Positions 38,269 through 48,869 of a stretch of DNA of 53,207 bases are shown here, piece by piece. The stretch covers positions 1 to 53,207 of the forward strand of contig DASPTE010000074.1 in assembly GCA_035623585.1 (NCBI GenBank), read 5' to 3'. Each line of letters begins with the position of its first letter. Within the stretch, counting starts at the first letter, position 1. The notes beneath the pieces were generated by a model. The model had not been told where the DNA came from and made no database searches. It worked only from the letters and a program-made list of their open reading frames with translations. The position numbers and the translations under genes were made by a program. The stretch is from Steroidobacteraceae bacterium. GTDB lineage: Bacteria > Pseudomonadota > Gammaproteobacteria > Steroidobacterales > Steroidobacteraceae.

Positions 38269-40323
38269 ATGATCCCGACAGGAGCTCTAGAAGGTCTCGG
38301 GCGCGCAATTCGGACGCTCGGAACACTCGCCTCGCTCCTCCCGACGATCGCCTGCGCGCTCTTCGGTGCGGGGCGTGCGCTCGCGGGGGAGAACGCGATG
38401 CCGCGCCCCCCGCAGCTCGAACCCGACGTCCAGTTCTGGATCCGCGTCTACACCGAGATCGATACCAACTCGGGATTCCTCCACGACGAGCACGACCTGA
38501 CGGTCGTCTACGAAGCGCTCCACTTCGCGCCCGAAGCACCCCCCGCCGAGCGCGAGCGTTTGGTCGATGACGCCCGCGATCGCATCTCTGCGGCGCTGCG
38601 CCGGATCGTCGATGCAGGGGAGGGACCGCTCTCGGCGGACGATCAGCGCATCAAAGACGCCTGGGGCACGGCGGGCACGCCGGTGCGGCTGCGCCAGGCG
38701 GTCGATGAGGTTCGCTTCCAGCTCGGGCAGTCGGATCGCTTCCGCAGCGGCCTCATCCGCTCCGGAGCCTGGGAGACGCACATCGCCGAGACGCTCGCGA
38801 ACCGCGGATTGCCCGCAGAGCTCGCAGTCCTGCCGCACGTCGAATCCTCTTTCAACCCGGCGGCGTATTCGAAGGCGGGCGCCGCGGGCCTCTGGCAGTT
38901 CATGCGCTCGACGGGGCGGCGCTACATGCGCATCGACACCGCCGTGGACGATCGGCTCGATCCCTTCCGCTCCACCGAGGCCGCCGCGCAGCTCCTCGCC
39001 TACAACTACCACGTGCTTGGCACCTGGCCGCTCGCGCTGACGGCCTATAACCACGGCACTGCGGGCGTGCGTCACGCGGTCGAGACGCTCGGCACCGACG
39101 ACATTGTGACGATCGTGCGCCACTACACGAGCCGCACGTTCGGCTTCGCCTCGCGCAACTTCTACGTCTCGTTTCTCGCCGCACTCGAGATCGATCACAA
39201 CCCGAAGAAGTACTTCGGCGCACTCGAGCGCGAGCGGGAGGTGCGCTTCCAGGAGGTGCAACTGCCCGCCTACGTGCCCGCGGCGGCGCTCACGCGCACG
39301 CTCCAGATCGACACGGATAAGCTGCGCGCCCTGAACCCGGCACTCCTGCCTGGAGTGTGGAGCGGCGAGCAGCGCGTACCTCGGGCCTATCGGCTGCGCT
39401 TACCCCGCGAGGGAACCCCACTTACGAACGAGCAGTTCGCGAAACAGCTCAGCCCCGAGGACATGTTCGCCGGCCAGCGCAGCCCGCGCCGCTACAAGGT
39501 GCAACAGGGCGACACGCTCGCGAATATCGCCGATCGCTACGGCGTGTCGATCGAGACACTGGCGCGCAAGAACGGCTTGCGCACGAGTGCGGGGCTGCAT
39601 GCCGGCCACATGCTCACGATACCCGAGGCATCGCCCGGTCTTCTCGTGGCGGCCAACACGCCGCCACCGCGCAGGGGAGTCGTCACGATCATTCCGCTGC
39701 CACCCGAAGTCGCCCCGGGCGGAGCCGTGCCGGTCGAGGTCGCGCAGCGCGAGAGCGCGGAGGACGCCGCGGCGGCGGCGAAATCGCGCGCGGCGGCGGC
39801 CACGAACGTGGAGCCGCTCTCGGCCGCACAGGCCGAGGCGGTCGGACCTGCGATCGGCCCCGCCGCCGAGAGTACGCAAAGCGCCGATCCCACCGATTAC
39901 AGCGTCGCGCAGGATGACACGATCCGCGTCGCCCCCGATGAGACGCTCGGGCACTACGCCGACTGGCTTGGCATCAGCGCGACCCGCGTACGCGAACTCA
40001 ACAACATGGCCGGTAAGAGCGCGGTGCTCATCGGCGAGCGCATCAAGCTCGATTTCCACAAAGTGACGCACGAGGTGTTTGAAGCGCGCCGTCGTGACTA
40101 TCACCAGCAGCTGCAGGCGAGCTACTTCGCCGCGCACCGCATCGTTGGCACCGAGGTGTACATCGCCCGCCCCGGGGATTCGCCCTGGACGCTCACGCAA
40201 CACGGCCCGCGGCTGCCGCTTTGGCTCCTGCAGCAGTACAACCCCGATGTCGATTTCTCGGCACTGCGCGCCGGCACGCAACTCGTGATGCCGCGCGTGC
40301 AGGAAATCGCCGCGGGCGGCTGA
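38269..40323 (+). CDS. mltD: membrane-bound lytic murein transglycosylase D-like (SLT domain plus three LysM repeats)
   Basis: SLT catalytic region (ESSFNPAAYSKAGAAGLWQFM) and LysM repeats (YKVQQGDTLANIADRYGVSIETLARKNGL and two more). Confidence 0.85.
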   Translation: MIPTGALEGLGRAIRTLGTLASLLPTIACALFGAGRALAGENAMPRPPQLEPDVQFWIRVYTEIDTNSGFLHDEHDLTVVYEALHFAPEAPPAERERLVDDARDRISAALRRIVDAGEGPLSADDQRIKDAWGTAGTPVRLRQAVDEVRFQLGQSDRFRSGLIRSGAWETHIAETLANRGLPAELAVLPHVESSFNPAAYSKAGAAGLWQFMRSTGRRYMRIDTAVDDRLDPFRSTEAAAQLLAYNYHVLGTWPLALTAYNHGTAGVRHAVETLGTDDIVTIVRHYTSRTFGFASRNFYVSFLAALEIDHNPKKYFGALEREREVRFQEVQLPAYVPAAALTRTLQIDTDKLRALNPALLPGVWSGEQRVPRAYRLRLPREGTPLTNEQFAKQLSPEDMFAGQRSPRRYKVQQGDTLANIADRYGVSIETLARKNGLRTSAGLHAGHMLTIPEASPGLLVAANTPPPRRGVVTIIPLPPEVAPGGAVPVEVAQRESAEDAAAAAKSRAAAATNVEPLSAAQAEAVGPAIGPAAESTQSADPTDYSVAQDDTIRVAPDETLGHYADWLGISATRVRELNNMAGKSAVLIGERIKLDFHKVTHEVFEARRRDYHQQLQASYFAAHRIVGTEVYIARPGDSPWTLTQHGPRLPLWLLQQYNPDVDFSALRAGTQLVMPRVQEIAAGG

Positions 40324-40442
40324 AGCAGGAGGGTGTCAGGGCGCTTGGAATCGGCTCACCCCGGCCGCTGTGACGGATGCCCGTGCCGGGGTTTGGGTGG
40401 AACGCCTATAATCCCCCCGGGTTTTGTCGTATTGACCAGGGA

Positions 40443-40991
40443 ATGAAGAACATTTTCAGGGCGTTAGCCGTCGTCGCGGCGCTTCCTTGCGCCGCCGCGC
40501 TCGTGCGCGCCGATTCCCTGCCACAGGCCCAGCCGGTCGTATTCACCCCGTCCACGCAGTCCCTCCCGATCGTCGATCGGGTGGTGGTGCACAAATCCGA
40601 GCGGCGGCTGGTCCTCATGCACGGCGGCAACATCGTGCGCTCGTATCACGTCGCGCTCGGGCTCAGCCCCGCGGGTCAAAAGGAGCGTTCGGGCGATTTT
40701 CGCACTCCCGAGGGGAGCTACCGTCTCGACCGGCGCAATCCGCGCAGCGACTTCTTTCTCTCGATCAAGGTGTCTTACCCGAGCCCCGCGGACCTCAAGC
40801 GCGCGCACGATCACCACTGGGTGACCGGCGGTTCGATCATGATCCACGGGCTGCCGAACTTCCTCAGGCACGAACCCGAGTACTACCTGAGCCACGACTG
40901 GACCGATGGCTGCATCGCCGTGTCGAACGCCGACATGGTCGAGATCTGGATGCTCACCCCTGACGACGCGCCGATCGATATCCTTCCCTAG
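40443..40991 (+). CDS. L,D-transpeptidase family protein (YkuD domain)
   Basis: Signal peptide, IMIHG and DWTDGCIAV catalytic His/Cys motifs. Confidence 0.85.
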   Translation: MKNIFRALAVVAALPCAAALVRADSLPQAQPVVFTPSTQSLPIVDRVVVHKSERRLVLMHGGNIVRSYHVALGLSPAGQKERSGDFRTPEGSYRLDRRNPRSDFFLSIKVSYPSPADLKRAHDHHWVTGGSIMIHGLPNFLRHEPEYYLSHDWTDGCIAVSNADMVEIWMLTPDDAPIDILP

Positions 40992-40994
40992 CGC

Positions 40995-42374
40995 GTGAGC
41001 ACAGAGCTTCCAGAATTCGTCGACGCGCGCGTCGGGCCGCGCGGTAGTCTCGAAAATCTCTCCCAGACCGAGATCGATATGCTGCTCGACACCGGGCAGG
41101 GCGGGCTCTATCCGCTCTTCCGGCGCTGCGCGCTCGCCGTGCTCAATTCCGGCGCACCCACCGACAACACCAAGGAGATCTTCGACCGCTACCGCGACTT
41201 CGATATCCGCATCGTGCGCAGCGCCTGGGGCGTGAAGCTCGAGATGCAGAATGCTCCGGCCGCGGCCTTCGTCGACGGACAGATGATCCGCGGCATCAAG
41301 GAGCACCTCTTCGCGGTGCTGCGCGATGTGGTGTTCATCTCGAACGAAATCGTGGCGAGCGGGCGTTTCGATCTTACGAGCTCCGCTTCGATCACGAACG
41401 CGGTGTTCCACGTGCTGCGCAACGCGCGCCTCCTCGATTACCGCGGCAGGCCGAACCTCGCGGTGTGCTGGGGAGGGCACTCGATCGACTCCGGGGAGTA
41501 CCAGTACAGCAAGAACGTCGGCTACGAGCTCGGGCTGCGCGGACTCGATGTGTGCACCGGTTGCGGCCCGGGCGCCATGAAGGGTCCGATGAAAGGTGCC
41601 GCGGTCGGTCACGCGAAGCAGCGCATCGAGCATGGCCGCTATATCGGCATCACCGAGCCAGGGATCATCGCCGCCGAACCCCCGAACCCGATCGTGAGTC
41701 AGCTCGCGATCATGCCCGACATCGAGAAGCGCCTTGAGGCGTTCGTGCGGCTCGCGCACGGCATCGTCGTGCTCCCGGGCGGTGCCGGCACGGCGGAGGA
41801 AATCCTCTATCTCGCCGGCATGCTCCTCGATCCGGCCAATCGCGACCAGCCCTTTCCGATCGTGCTCACCGGTCCCGCTGGCAGCGCCGCCTACTTCGAG
41901 CAGATCAGCCGCTTCCTCGAGGGCACCCTCGGGAGCGATGCCGTACGGCACATGAGCGTCATCATCGACGACCCGCCGCAGGTTGCACGCGAGCTCGTGC
42001 GCGGGATGCAGGCGGTGCGCGAATTCCGCCGCGAGCGCAGCGATTCTTTCAACTTCAACTGGCTGCTCTCGGTGCGGCCCGAGTTCCAGAAGCCCTTCGA
42101 GGTGACGCACGCCTCGATGCGCGCGCTCGATCTCAGCCGCGATCAGCCGCCACACGAACTCGCCGCCAACCTGCGGCGCGCGTTCTCCGGGATCGTCACC
42201 GGCAACGTCAAGGAGCAGGGCATCGCCGCCATCGAGCGCGAGGGTCCTTATGAGCTCTCGGGCGATCCCGCGATCATGCAGCTCCTCGATGAACTCCTCG
42301 CCGCCTTCGTCGCCCAGCGCCGCATGCGGCTGCCGGGCGCCATCTACCGCCCCGTCTACCGCCTCGTCGCCTGA
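40995..42374 (+). CDS. ppnN: nucleotide 5'-monophosphate nucleosidase PpnN (LOG family, YgdH-like)
   Basis: 459 aa with the LOG motif LPGGAGTAEE and a GCGPGAMKGP nucleotide loop. Length and N-terminus resemble E. coli YgdH. Confidence 0.8.
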   Translation: MSTELPEFVDARVGPRGSLENLSQTEIDMLLDTGQGGLYPLFRRCALAVLNSGAPTDNTKEIFDRYRDFDIRIVRSAWGVKLEMQNAPAAAFVDGQMIRGIKEHLFAVLRDVVFISNEIVASGRFDLTSSASITNAVFHVLRNARLLDYRGRPNLAVCWGGHSIDSGEYQYSKNVGYELGLRGLDVCTGCGPGAMKGPMKGAAVGHAKQRIEHGRYIGITEPGIIAAEPPNPIVSQLAIMPDIEKRLEAFVRLAHGIVVLPGGAGTAEEILYLAGMLLDPANRDQPFPIVLTGPAGSAAYFEQISRFLEGTLGSDAVRHMSVIIDDPPQVARELVRGMQAVREFRRERSDSFNFNWLLSVRPEFQKPFEVTHASMRALDLSRDQPPHELAANLRRAFSGIVTGNVKEQGIAAIEREGPYELSGDPAIMQLLDELLAAFVAQRRMRLPGAIYRPVYRLVA

Positions 42375-42615
42375 AGCGCGCCACCCGCGCTGCGCTGAAG
42401 CTTCGTGCACCGCTCACGTCAGCGCTGCCAACTGCACGCCGCGGTGCGCGCGTTCGGCTCACTCGTTACATAACGTTTCTTTCGCCGCACACTTTTTTCG
42501 CAGCGCGCGAGAGCTAGTTCCCAGCGCGGCAGAGCGAGGAGGTGGCTGTGAACCAGTTCCTGCGGTGGCTGTCGCTAACGCCGTACGCTGCCCCTCAGTT
42601 CTTCAGGAGCTTCTC

Positions 42616-42876
42616 ATGGGCTCAAGCGACAGGGGGCGAGACGACGTCCCCGGCACGCAAAACGACCCGGCACCCGCGGGCAATCAGACGGGTAATCCGG
42701 ATGCGTATGCGAATTGGCTCGATCGAATGCAGCGCGCGCGTGCCCGCCACGCCGCCATCACCCGAAACCTCTACACGTGGTCGAACTATAAGAATTGGGC
42801 CGACCAGGTGCGCGACACCTGGCAGAACCCCGAAGGCAACGGCGCCCCGGGCGCCGGCAAGCCCCGCAACAAGTAG
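42616..42876 (+). CDS. hypothetical small protein (86 aa, predicted disordered, Trp/Asn-rich)
   Basis: AGGAG lies 6 nt upstream of the ATG; moderately high GC3. No family recognised. Confidence 0.45.
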   Translation: MGSSDRGRDDVPGTQNDPAPAGNQTGNPDAYANWLDRMQRARARHAAITRNLYTWSNYKNWADQVRDTWQNPEGNGAPGAGKPRNK

Positions 42877-42945
42877 CTCTCCGGAGCGGGCACTGCCGCC
42901 GCACTGAGTGCGGGGGCGCCCGCCATTCCCCGACGCCCAAGTCCT

Positions 42946-43797
<852 letters not shown>

Positions 43798-43882
43798 TCA
43801 CCGCAAGCCACAGTATGTCGCATGTGTGACTGTGAGCACGGGCACGGCGCGCGGCACGCGCGCTCCGTAGAGTGCCCCTCGA

Positions 43883-44077
43883 ATGGAAGAGTTCTTCTTG
43901 CACCTCTGGGACGAATTCGACGACATCGTCGGGATCTGCCGACACGTCGTGAGCTGCACGGCAGCCGAGGCGGTCGCAGACGCCGCACCGCTGATCGGTG
44001 CGGTCTCGGGGGCACTCCTTGCCGGGGCGGCAGCGTTGCTGCTCGCACACCCGCACTTCACCAGCTTCCTCAGCTAG
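43883..44077 (+). CDS. hypothetical small protein (64 aa, acidic N-half, hydrophobic C-half)
   Basis: About 85% G/C at third codon positions by my count. Divergent from the ParA-like gene. No family recognised. Confidence 0.4.
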   Translation: MEEFFLHLWDEFDDIVGICRHVVSCTAAEAVADAAPLIGAVSGALLAGAAALLLAHPHFTSFLS

Positions 44078-44101
44078 TCTTGCCCGGTTCGCCGCGCGGA
44101 A

Positions 44102-44130
44102 CTTGAAAATTCCGCGCCGATTCCCAAGAT
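44102..44130 (+). promoter_or_regulatory. sigma-32-like heat-shock promoter for htpG
   Basis: CTTGAAA, 14 nt, CCCAAGAT, 37 nt upstream of the htpG ATG. Confidence 0.5.
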
Positions 44131-44166
44131 CGTGCGTCTCAAGAACGCGCGCAGCGGACGGCGAGC

Positions 44167-46104
44167 ATGGCACCCGAACCGAACCCGAAAGAAGAGTCGC
44201 GAGCGGACGGCTCGCCTGCCACCCACGGCTTTCAGGCCGAGGTGCGCGAGCTCCTCAAGCTCATGATCCACTCCCTGTACAGCCACAGGGAAATCTTCCT
44301 GCGCGAGCTCATCTCCAACGCCTCGGACGCCTGCGACCGGCTGCGCTTTGCCGCGATCGCCGACAGCTCACTCCTCGCCCCCGCTCCCGAGCTCGGCATC
44401 CGCATCGACTCCGATCCCGCGCAGGGCACGGTGACCATCACCGATAACGGCATTGGCATGACGCGCGAGGAGGCGATCGCGAACCTCGGCACCATCGCCC
44501 GCTCGGGCACGGCCGAGTTCTTCCGCTCGCTCTCGGGCGATGAGCAGAAGGCCTCGCAACTCATCGGGCAGTTCGGCGTGGGCTTTTATTCCGCGTTCAT
44601 CGTCGCCGAGCGCGTCGAGGTGCGCTCGCGCAAGGCCGGCACCGCGCCCGAGGCGGGCGTGCACTGGCAGTCGCGCGCCGAGGGCGATTTCACCGTCGAA
44701 ACCGTGAGACAGGAAGCGCGCGGCACTTCGGTGACGCTGCACCTCAAGCAGGATGCGCGCGAGTTCGCCGATCCCTTCCGCCTGCGCGCGCTCATCCGCC
44801 GCTACTCCGATCACATCGGCTTCCCGGTGCACATGCGCAAGGAGGGCGAGGCGTCGCTCGAGTACGAGGTGGTGAACCAGGCGAAAGCGCTCTGGACGCT
44901 GCCGCGCAGCGAGATCCCGGAGGAGGAATATCGGCAGTTCTACCAGTACCTCGCGCACGATTTCACGGACCCCCTCGCCTGGAGCCACAACAAGGTGGAG
45001 GGCAAGCGCGAGTACATCAGTCTCCTCTATGTACCGGCGCGCGCCCCCTTTGATCTCTGGCAGCGCGAGGCGGCACATGGCCTGAAACTCTACGTGCGGC
45101 GCGTCTTCATCATGGACGATGCCGAGCAGTTCCTGCCGATCTACCTGCGGTTCGTGAAAGGGGTGATCGATTCGAGTGACCTGCCGCTCAACGTCTCGCG
45201 CGAGCTCCTGCAGCAGGACCCCGAAGTCGAAGCGATCCGAAGCGGGCTCACCAAGCGCGTGCTCGACCTGCTGGGGCGACTTGCGAAGGACGAGCCCGAG
45301 AAATACGCGACCTTCTGGAAGGAATTCGGCACCGTGCTCAAGGAGGGCATCGTCCAGGATCAGCCGAATCACGCCGCGCTCTTGCCGCTCCTGCGCTTTG
45401 CGAGCACGCGGCAGTCGGACAACACCCCCTCGGTGAGTCTCGTGGATTACCGCGCACGCATGCAGAGCGGGCAGGAGCGCATCTACTACGTGATCGCCGA
45501 GAGCGTGGACGCGGCGCGCGGGAGTCCCGCGATCGAGCGCCTGAGGGAGCGCGGCCTCGAGGTGCTCTTGCTCGCCGAGCGCATCGACGAGTGGGTCATG
45601 GGACAGCTCAGCGAATTCGACGGCAAGCGCTTCAAGGATGCCTCGCGCGGCGATCTCGAGCTCGGCGGACTTGCGGGCGCGGCCGACAAGAAGCAGCACG
45701 AGGAGGAACTCAGGGAGAGCAAGGGACTCCTCAAGCGCGTGAAGGACGCGTTGGGAACACGCGTCACCGAAGTGCGTGTCAGCGAGCGCCTCAAGGAGTC
45801 CCCGGCCGTCCTCGTGCTTGGTGAGCATGACCTGAGTGAGGCCATGCGCCGCATTCTCGCCGCCGCCGGACAGAAGCCGCCCGAGACTCATGCGCACCTC
45901 GAGCTCAACGTCACTCACCCGCTCGTGAAGTATCTCGATGGGGTCAAGGATCCGGACACGTTCGGCGAACTTGCCCAGCTCCTTTATGAGCAGGCGCTCC
46001 TCGCCGAAGGCTCGCAGCTTGCGAACCCGCCCGAATACGTGCAGCGGTTGAACCGCCTGCTCGTGCGACTCACCGCTCAGGAGCACCCAAGCGGTGCCTC
46101 CTGA
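44167..46104 (+). CDS. htpG: molecular chaperone HtpG (Hsp90)
   Basis: FQAEVRELLKLMIHSLYSHREIFLRELISNASDA and GQFGVGFYSAF motifs; 645 aa. Confidence 0.95.
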   Translation: MAPEPNPKEESRADGSPATHGFQAEVRELLKLMIHSLYSHREIFLRELISNASDACDRLRFAAIADSSLLAPAPELGIRIDSDPAQGTVTITDNGIGMTREEAIANLGTIARSGTAEFFRSLSGDEQKASQLIGQFGVGFYSAFIVAERVEVRSRKAGTAPEAGVHWQSRAEGDFTVETVRQEARGTSVTLHLKQDAREFADPFRLRALIRRYSDHIGFPVHMRKEGEASLEYEVVNQAKALWTLPRSEIPEEEYRQFYQYLAHDFTDPLAWSHNKVEGKREYISLLYVPARAPFDLWQREAAHGLKLYVRRVFIMDDAEQFLPIYLRFVKGVIDSSDLPLNVSRELLQQDPEVEAIRSGLTKRVLDLLGRLAKDEPEKYATFWKEFGTVLKEGIVQDQPNHAALLPLLRFASTRQSDNTPSVSLVDYRARMQSGQERIYYVIAESVDAARGSPAIERLRERGLEVLLLAERIDEWVMGQLSEFDGKRFKDASRGDLELGGLAGAADKKQHEEELRESKGLLKRVKDALGTRVTEVRVSERLKESPAVLVLGEHDLSEAMRRILAAAGQKPPETHAHLELNVTHPLVKYLDGVKDPDTFGELAQLLYEQALLAEGSQLANPPEYVQRLNRLLVRLTAQEHPSGAS

Positions 46105-46130
46105 GAGGATCGGGTTGTGAGCCGCGGGCG

Positions 46131-46787
46131 ATGGTACTAAGAGCACCCGATGCCGAGCGGCTCATGCTCGAAGGCCCCGCCGGCGGCCTCGAGGCGCTCA
46201 TCGAGACACCGAGGATCGAAGGTCGCGAAGGCGCGCCCGTCGCAGCATTCGCGGTCGTCTGTCATCCCCATCCGCTGCATGGCGGCACGCTCGATAACAA
46301 GGTGGTCTACACGCTCGCGCGTGCCTGCGAGCATTTCGGTACGCCCGCGATTCGCTTCAATTTCCGCGGCGTCGGCAGGAGCGAAGGCGTGTACGACGAG
46401 GGGCGCGGGGAGACCGAGGATGCGCTCGCCGCGATCGCCTACGGCCGGCGCCGCTGGCCGGGCGCGGCGCTTTGGCTCGGGGGATTCTCCTTCGGAGGCG
46501 TGGTCGCGGTGCGAGCCGCGGCGCAGGCGCGGCCCACCTGCGTGGTTGCCATCGCCCCGGGAGTCACCCGCATCGATGCGAGTGGTGTCGCACCGCCCGC
46601 CTGTCCCTGGCTCATCGTGCAGGGCGAGGCGGACGATGTGGTGCCGGCGGACACCGTCCTCGACTGGGCGCGCTCGCTCTCACCCGTGCCCGAGATCAAG
46701 CTGCTCGCGGGTGCCGGACACTTCTTTCACGGCCGCATCAACGAGCTGCGCGGGGCGCTCCTCGAGTTCCTCGAGACGATCCCCTGA
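46131..46787 (+). CDS. alpha/beta hydrolase (COG2945-like)
   Basis: HPHPLHGGTLDNKVV, FNFRGVGRSEG and GFSFGG nucleophile-elbow motifs. Confidence 0.75.
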   Translation: MVLRAPDAERLMLEGPAGGLEALIETPRIEGREGAPVAAFAVVCHPHPLHGGTLDNKVVYTLARACEHFGTPAIRFNFRGVGRSEGVYDEGRGETEDALAAIAYGRRRWPGAALWLGGFSFGGVVAVRAAAQARPTCVVAIAPGVTRIDASGVAPPACPWLIVQGEADDVVPADTVLDWARSLSPVPEIKLLAGAGHFFHGRINELRGALLEFLETIP

Positions 46788-46796
46788 AAACAAAAA

Positions 46797-46826
46797 GCCC
46801 GGCAGGAGCTGCGCTCCTCCCGGGCC
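46797..46826. terminator. bidirectional hairpin between the hydrolase and HU genes
   Basis: GCCCGGCAGGAGC / GCTCCTCCCGGGC stem (one mismatch), flanked by CAAAAA on the left and CTTTG on the right. Confidence 0.6.
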
Positions 46827-46861
46827 TTTGCTCTCCGACCCTTCCGGAGAGTGCAAATCCC

Positions 46862-47176
46862 CTATTGGTTGACCATCGCCTTGAGGCTCTTGAGCGGCAT
46901 AACGCGAACCTTCTTGCTGGCGGGCTTGGCCTTGAACATCATCTTTTCGCCGGTGAAGGGGTTGATACCCTCGCGTGCCTTCGTGGCTGGCTTCTTCACC
47001 ACTTTCATCTTCAGCAGTCCCGGCAGCGTGAAGAGTCCATTCCCCCGCAGGCTCTTCTTGATCACGCCACCCAGGGACTCGAAGACGGTTCCGATTTGCT
47101 TGCGTGAAAGTCCAGTGTCTTTCGAGATGTGTGTGAGGACTTCGGACTTAGTCGGTGCGCCACCCTTTTTCGCCAT
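46862..47176 (-). CDS. HU family DNA-binding protein
   Basis: 104 aa with an HU/IHF fold pattern (LSRKQIGTVFESLGGVIKKSL..NG.FTLPGLLKMKVVKKPATKAREGINPFTGE). GAGGAG RBS. Confidence 0.85.
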   Translation of the reverse strand: MAKKGGAPTKSEVLTHISKDTGLSRKQIGTVFESLGGVIKKSLRGNGLFTLPGLLKMKVVKKPATKAREGINPFTGEKMMFKAKPASKKVRVMPLKSLKAMVNQ

Positions 47177-47507
47177 ATTGCTTTACTCCTCGGGAATATT
47201 AGTGTTGCGAAACGCGGCCCCCGTGCTGCCGCGAAGAGAATCGCGGCGGAAAATAGCACATGGGAGAGCTTTCGCAAGCGCTTTTTGCGCGTAGTGCTAC
47301 GCGGAAATGCCTTTTTTATAAGGGTTTCACGCACACCGGGCGCCGACGCTGTGCTCCATCGCGCGCTCGCAGCGCTCGCGCGCGGCGCACGAGCGCTAGG
47401 ACCAATGTTGCGATTCTCGTTGCGAAGTCATCGCTAAGCATGTGTTCCGCAAGCGCTCGCGCGCACCTCGAGCGCGTCGCGTGCGCGAGACGAGTGCGCC
47501 TTTTAGC

Positions 47508-48035
47508 TCAGCGCAGGAGGATCAAAATCGCCTGGATGGCGATGATCGCCCAAAGCGGCGAGAGATCGAGCCCGGCGACGGCGGGAATCAGGCGGCGGAT
47601 CGGCCGCAGCACCGGCTCGCAGAGCGAGGTGAGGACGGACTGGAGCGGGGAATAGCCACCAGGCGCCACCAGCGAGAGCAGCGCATAGAGAAAGATCGCG
47701 TAGAAATAGGTCCAAAGGAGGGTGCGGGCGATCTCGCTCAGGATCGGGCGTACCCAAAGGAATGGCGGGGGAAAGCCGACCCCGCGCAGCGCAAAGATAC
47801 AGCCGACATCCACCGTCGCGACGATGAACACCGCGACCACGGAGGCGGTGTCGATCTTGCCGATCGGGGGCAGGAGGCGGCGCAGGGGCAGGATGATCGG
47901 GTTCGTGAGGCGCACCACAGCCTGGCAGAGCGGGTTGCGGAAGTCCGCGCGCGCCCACTGCAGGAGGAGGCGCGCCATCACCACGAAGAGCGCGAGCGAA
48001 AGCAGCGTCTCGACGATGTAGATGATCGCGTTCAT
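47508..48035 (-). CDS. yggT: YggT family membrane protein
   Basis: ARLLLQWARADFRNPLCQAVVRLTNPIILPLRRLLP is typical of YggT. 4-nt overlap with proC. Confidence 0.85.
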   Translation of the reverse strand: MNAIIYIVETLLSLALFVVMARLLLQWARADFRNPLCQAVVRLTNPIILPLRRLLPPIGKIDTASVVAVFIVATVDVGCIFALRGVGFPPPFLWVRPILSEIARTLLWTYFYAIFLYALLSLVAPGGYSPLQSVLTSLCEPVLRPIRRLIPAVAGLDLSPLWAIIAIQAILILLR

Positions 48036-48859
48036 GGCTTCGGCCCTGAGGCGGCGAGCTCGTGGCCGCGCTTGACGGCCGCGCCAAGTGCCTGCGCGAT
48101 GATCTCGCGCAACTTGGCGCGCTCGAAGACCCGCAGCGCCGCCTCCGTCGTGCCCCCGGGGGAGGTCACCTCCGCGCGCAGCCGCGCAAGATCCGCATCA
48201 CCCGAACGCGCGAGCACGCCCGCCCCGTAGAGCGTCATGCGCGCGAGCTGCCGGGCGATCGGGGCCTCGAGGCCGAGCGCCTGCGCGGCCTCCGCCATGT
48301 GCTCGGCGAGCAGAAAGAAGTATGCAGGCCCGCTGCCTGAGAGCGCGGTGACGACATCGAGCGCATCCTCGCTTGCGACCCACGCCACCTCGCCCACGGA
48401 ACCGAGCACCTGCGCGGCGCTCGCGCGCGCCGCCGCGCCGACTTGCGATGGGGCATAGAGGCCGGTGGCGCCCGCGCCCACGAGCGCCGCGCGGTTGGGC
48501 ATCGCGCGCACGATCTCGATTCCCCCGCCCGTCGCGGCCGCGAGTGTCGCGATGCGGATCCCGGCCGCAACTGAGATGAGCAGCGGGCGTTCGCTCTCGA
48601 GGAGCGCGGCGAGCGGTGCGAGCACCGCGATGACATCGCTGGGCTTGACCGCGACCACGACCACGGTGGCGCCGCGCACTGCGGCCGCATTGTCGGCACT
48701 TGAGCTCAGGCCGAGCTCGCGCGAGAGCAGCGCGCGCTGCTCGCCCGAGCGCTCGCCGACCTGGAGATGCTCGGGGCGCGTGCCCGAGCGCAGGAGTCCG
48801 CCGATGATGGCGCGGCCCATGTTGCCGGCTCCGAGGATGGCGAGGCGCCTGTTGGTCAT
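48032..48859 (-). CDS. proC: pyrroline-5-carboxylate reductase
   Basis: LAILGAGNMGRAII Rossmann motif and the C-terminal SPGGTTEAAL motif. Start trimmed to MTNRRLA. Confidence 0.9.
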   Translation of the reverse strand: MTNRRLAILGAGNMGRAIIGGLLRSGTRPEHLQVGERSGEQRALLSRELGLSSSADNAAAVRGATVVVVAVKPSDVIAVLAPLAALLESERPLLISVAAGIRIATLAAATGGGIEIVRAMPNRAALVGAGATGLYAPSQVGAAARASAAQVLGSVGEVAWVASEDALDVVTALSGSGPAYFFLLAEHMAEAAQALGLEAPIARQLARMTLYGAGVLARSGDADLARLRAEVTSPGGTTEAALRVFERAKLREIIAQALGAAVKRGHELAASGPKP

Positions 48860-48869
48860 GTTGTGGTGC

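Noticed and set aside
38084-38539. 151-aa minus-strand ORF upstream of the sigma-54 site
   Set aside because: Its translation is extremely Arg-rich nonsense overlapping the mltD 5' end. This is a shadow ORF, so it does not account for the orphan terminator.
40464-42410. 648-aa ORF antisense to the L,D-transpeptidase and ppnN genes
   Set aside because: Shadow ORF with no motifs. The opposite-strand genes are well supported.
44368-46146. 592-aa ORF antisense to htpG
   Set aside because: Shadow ORF within a highly conserved chaperone gene.
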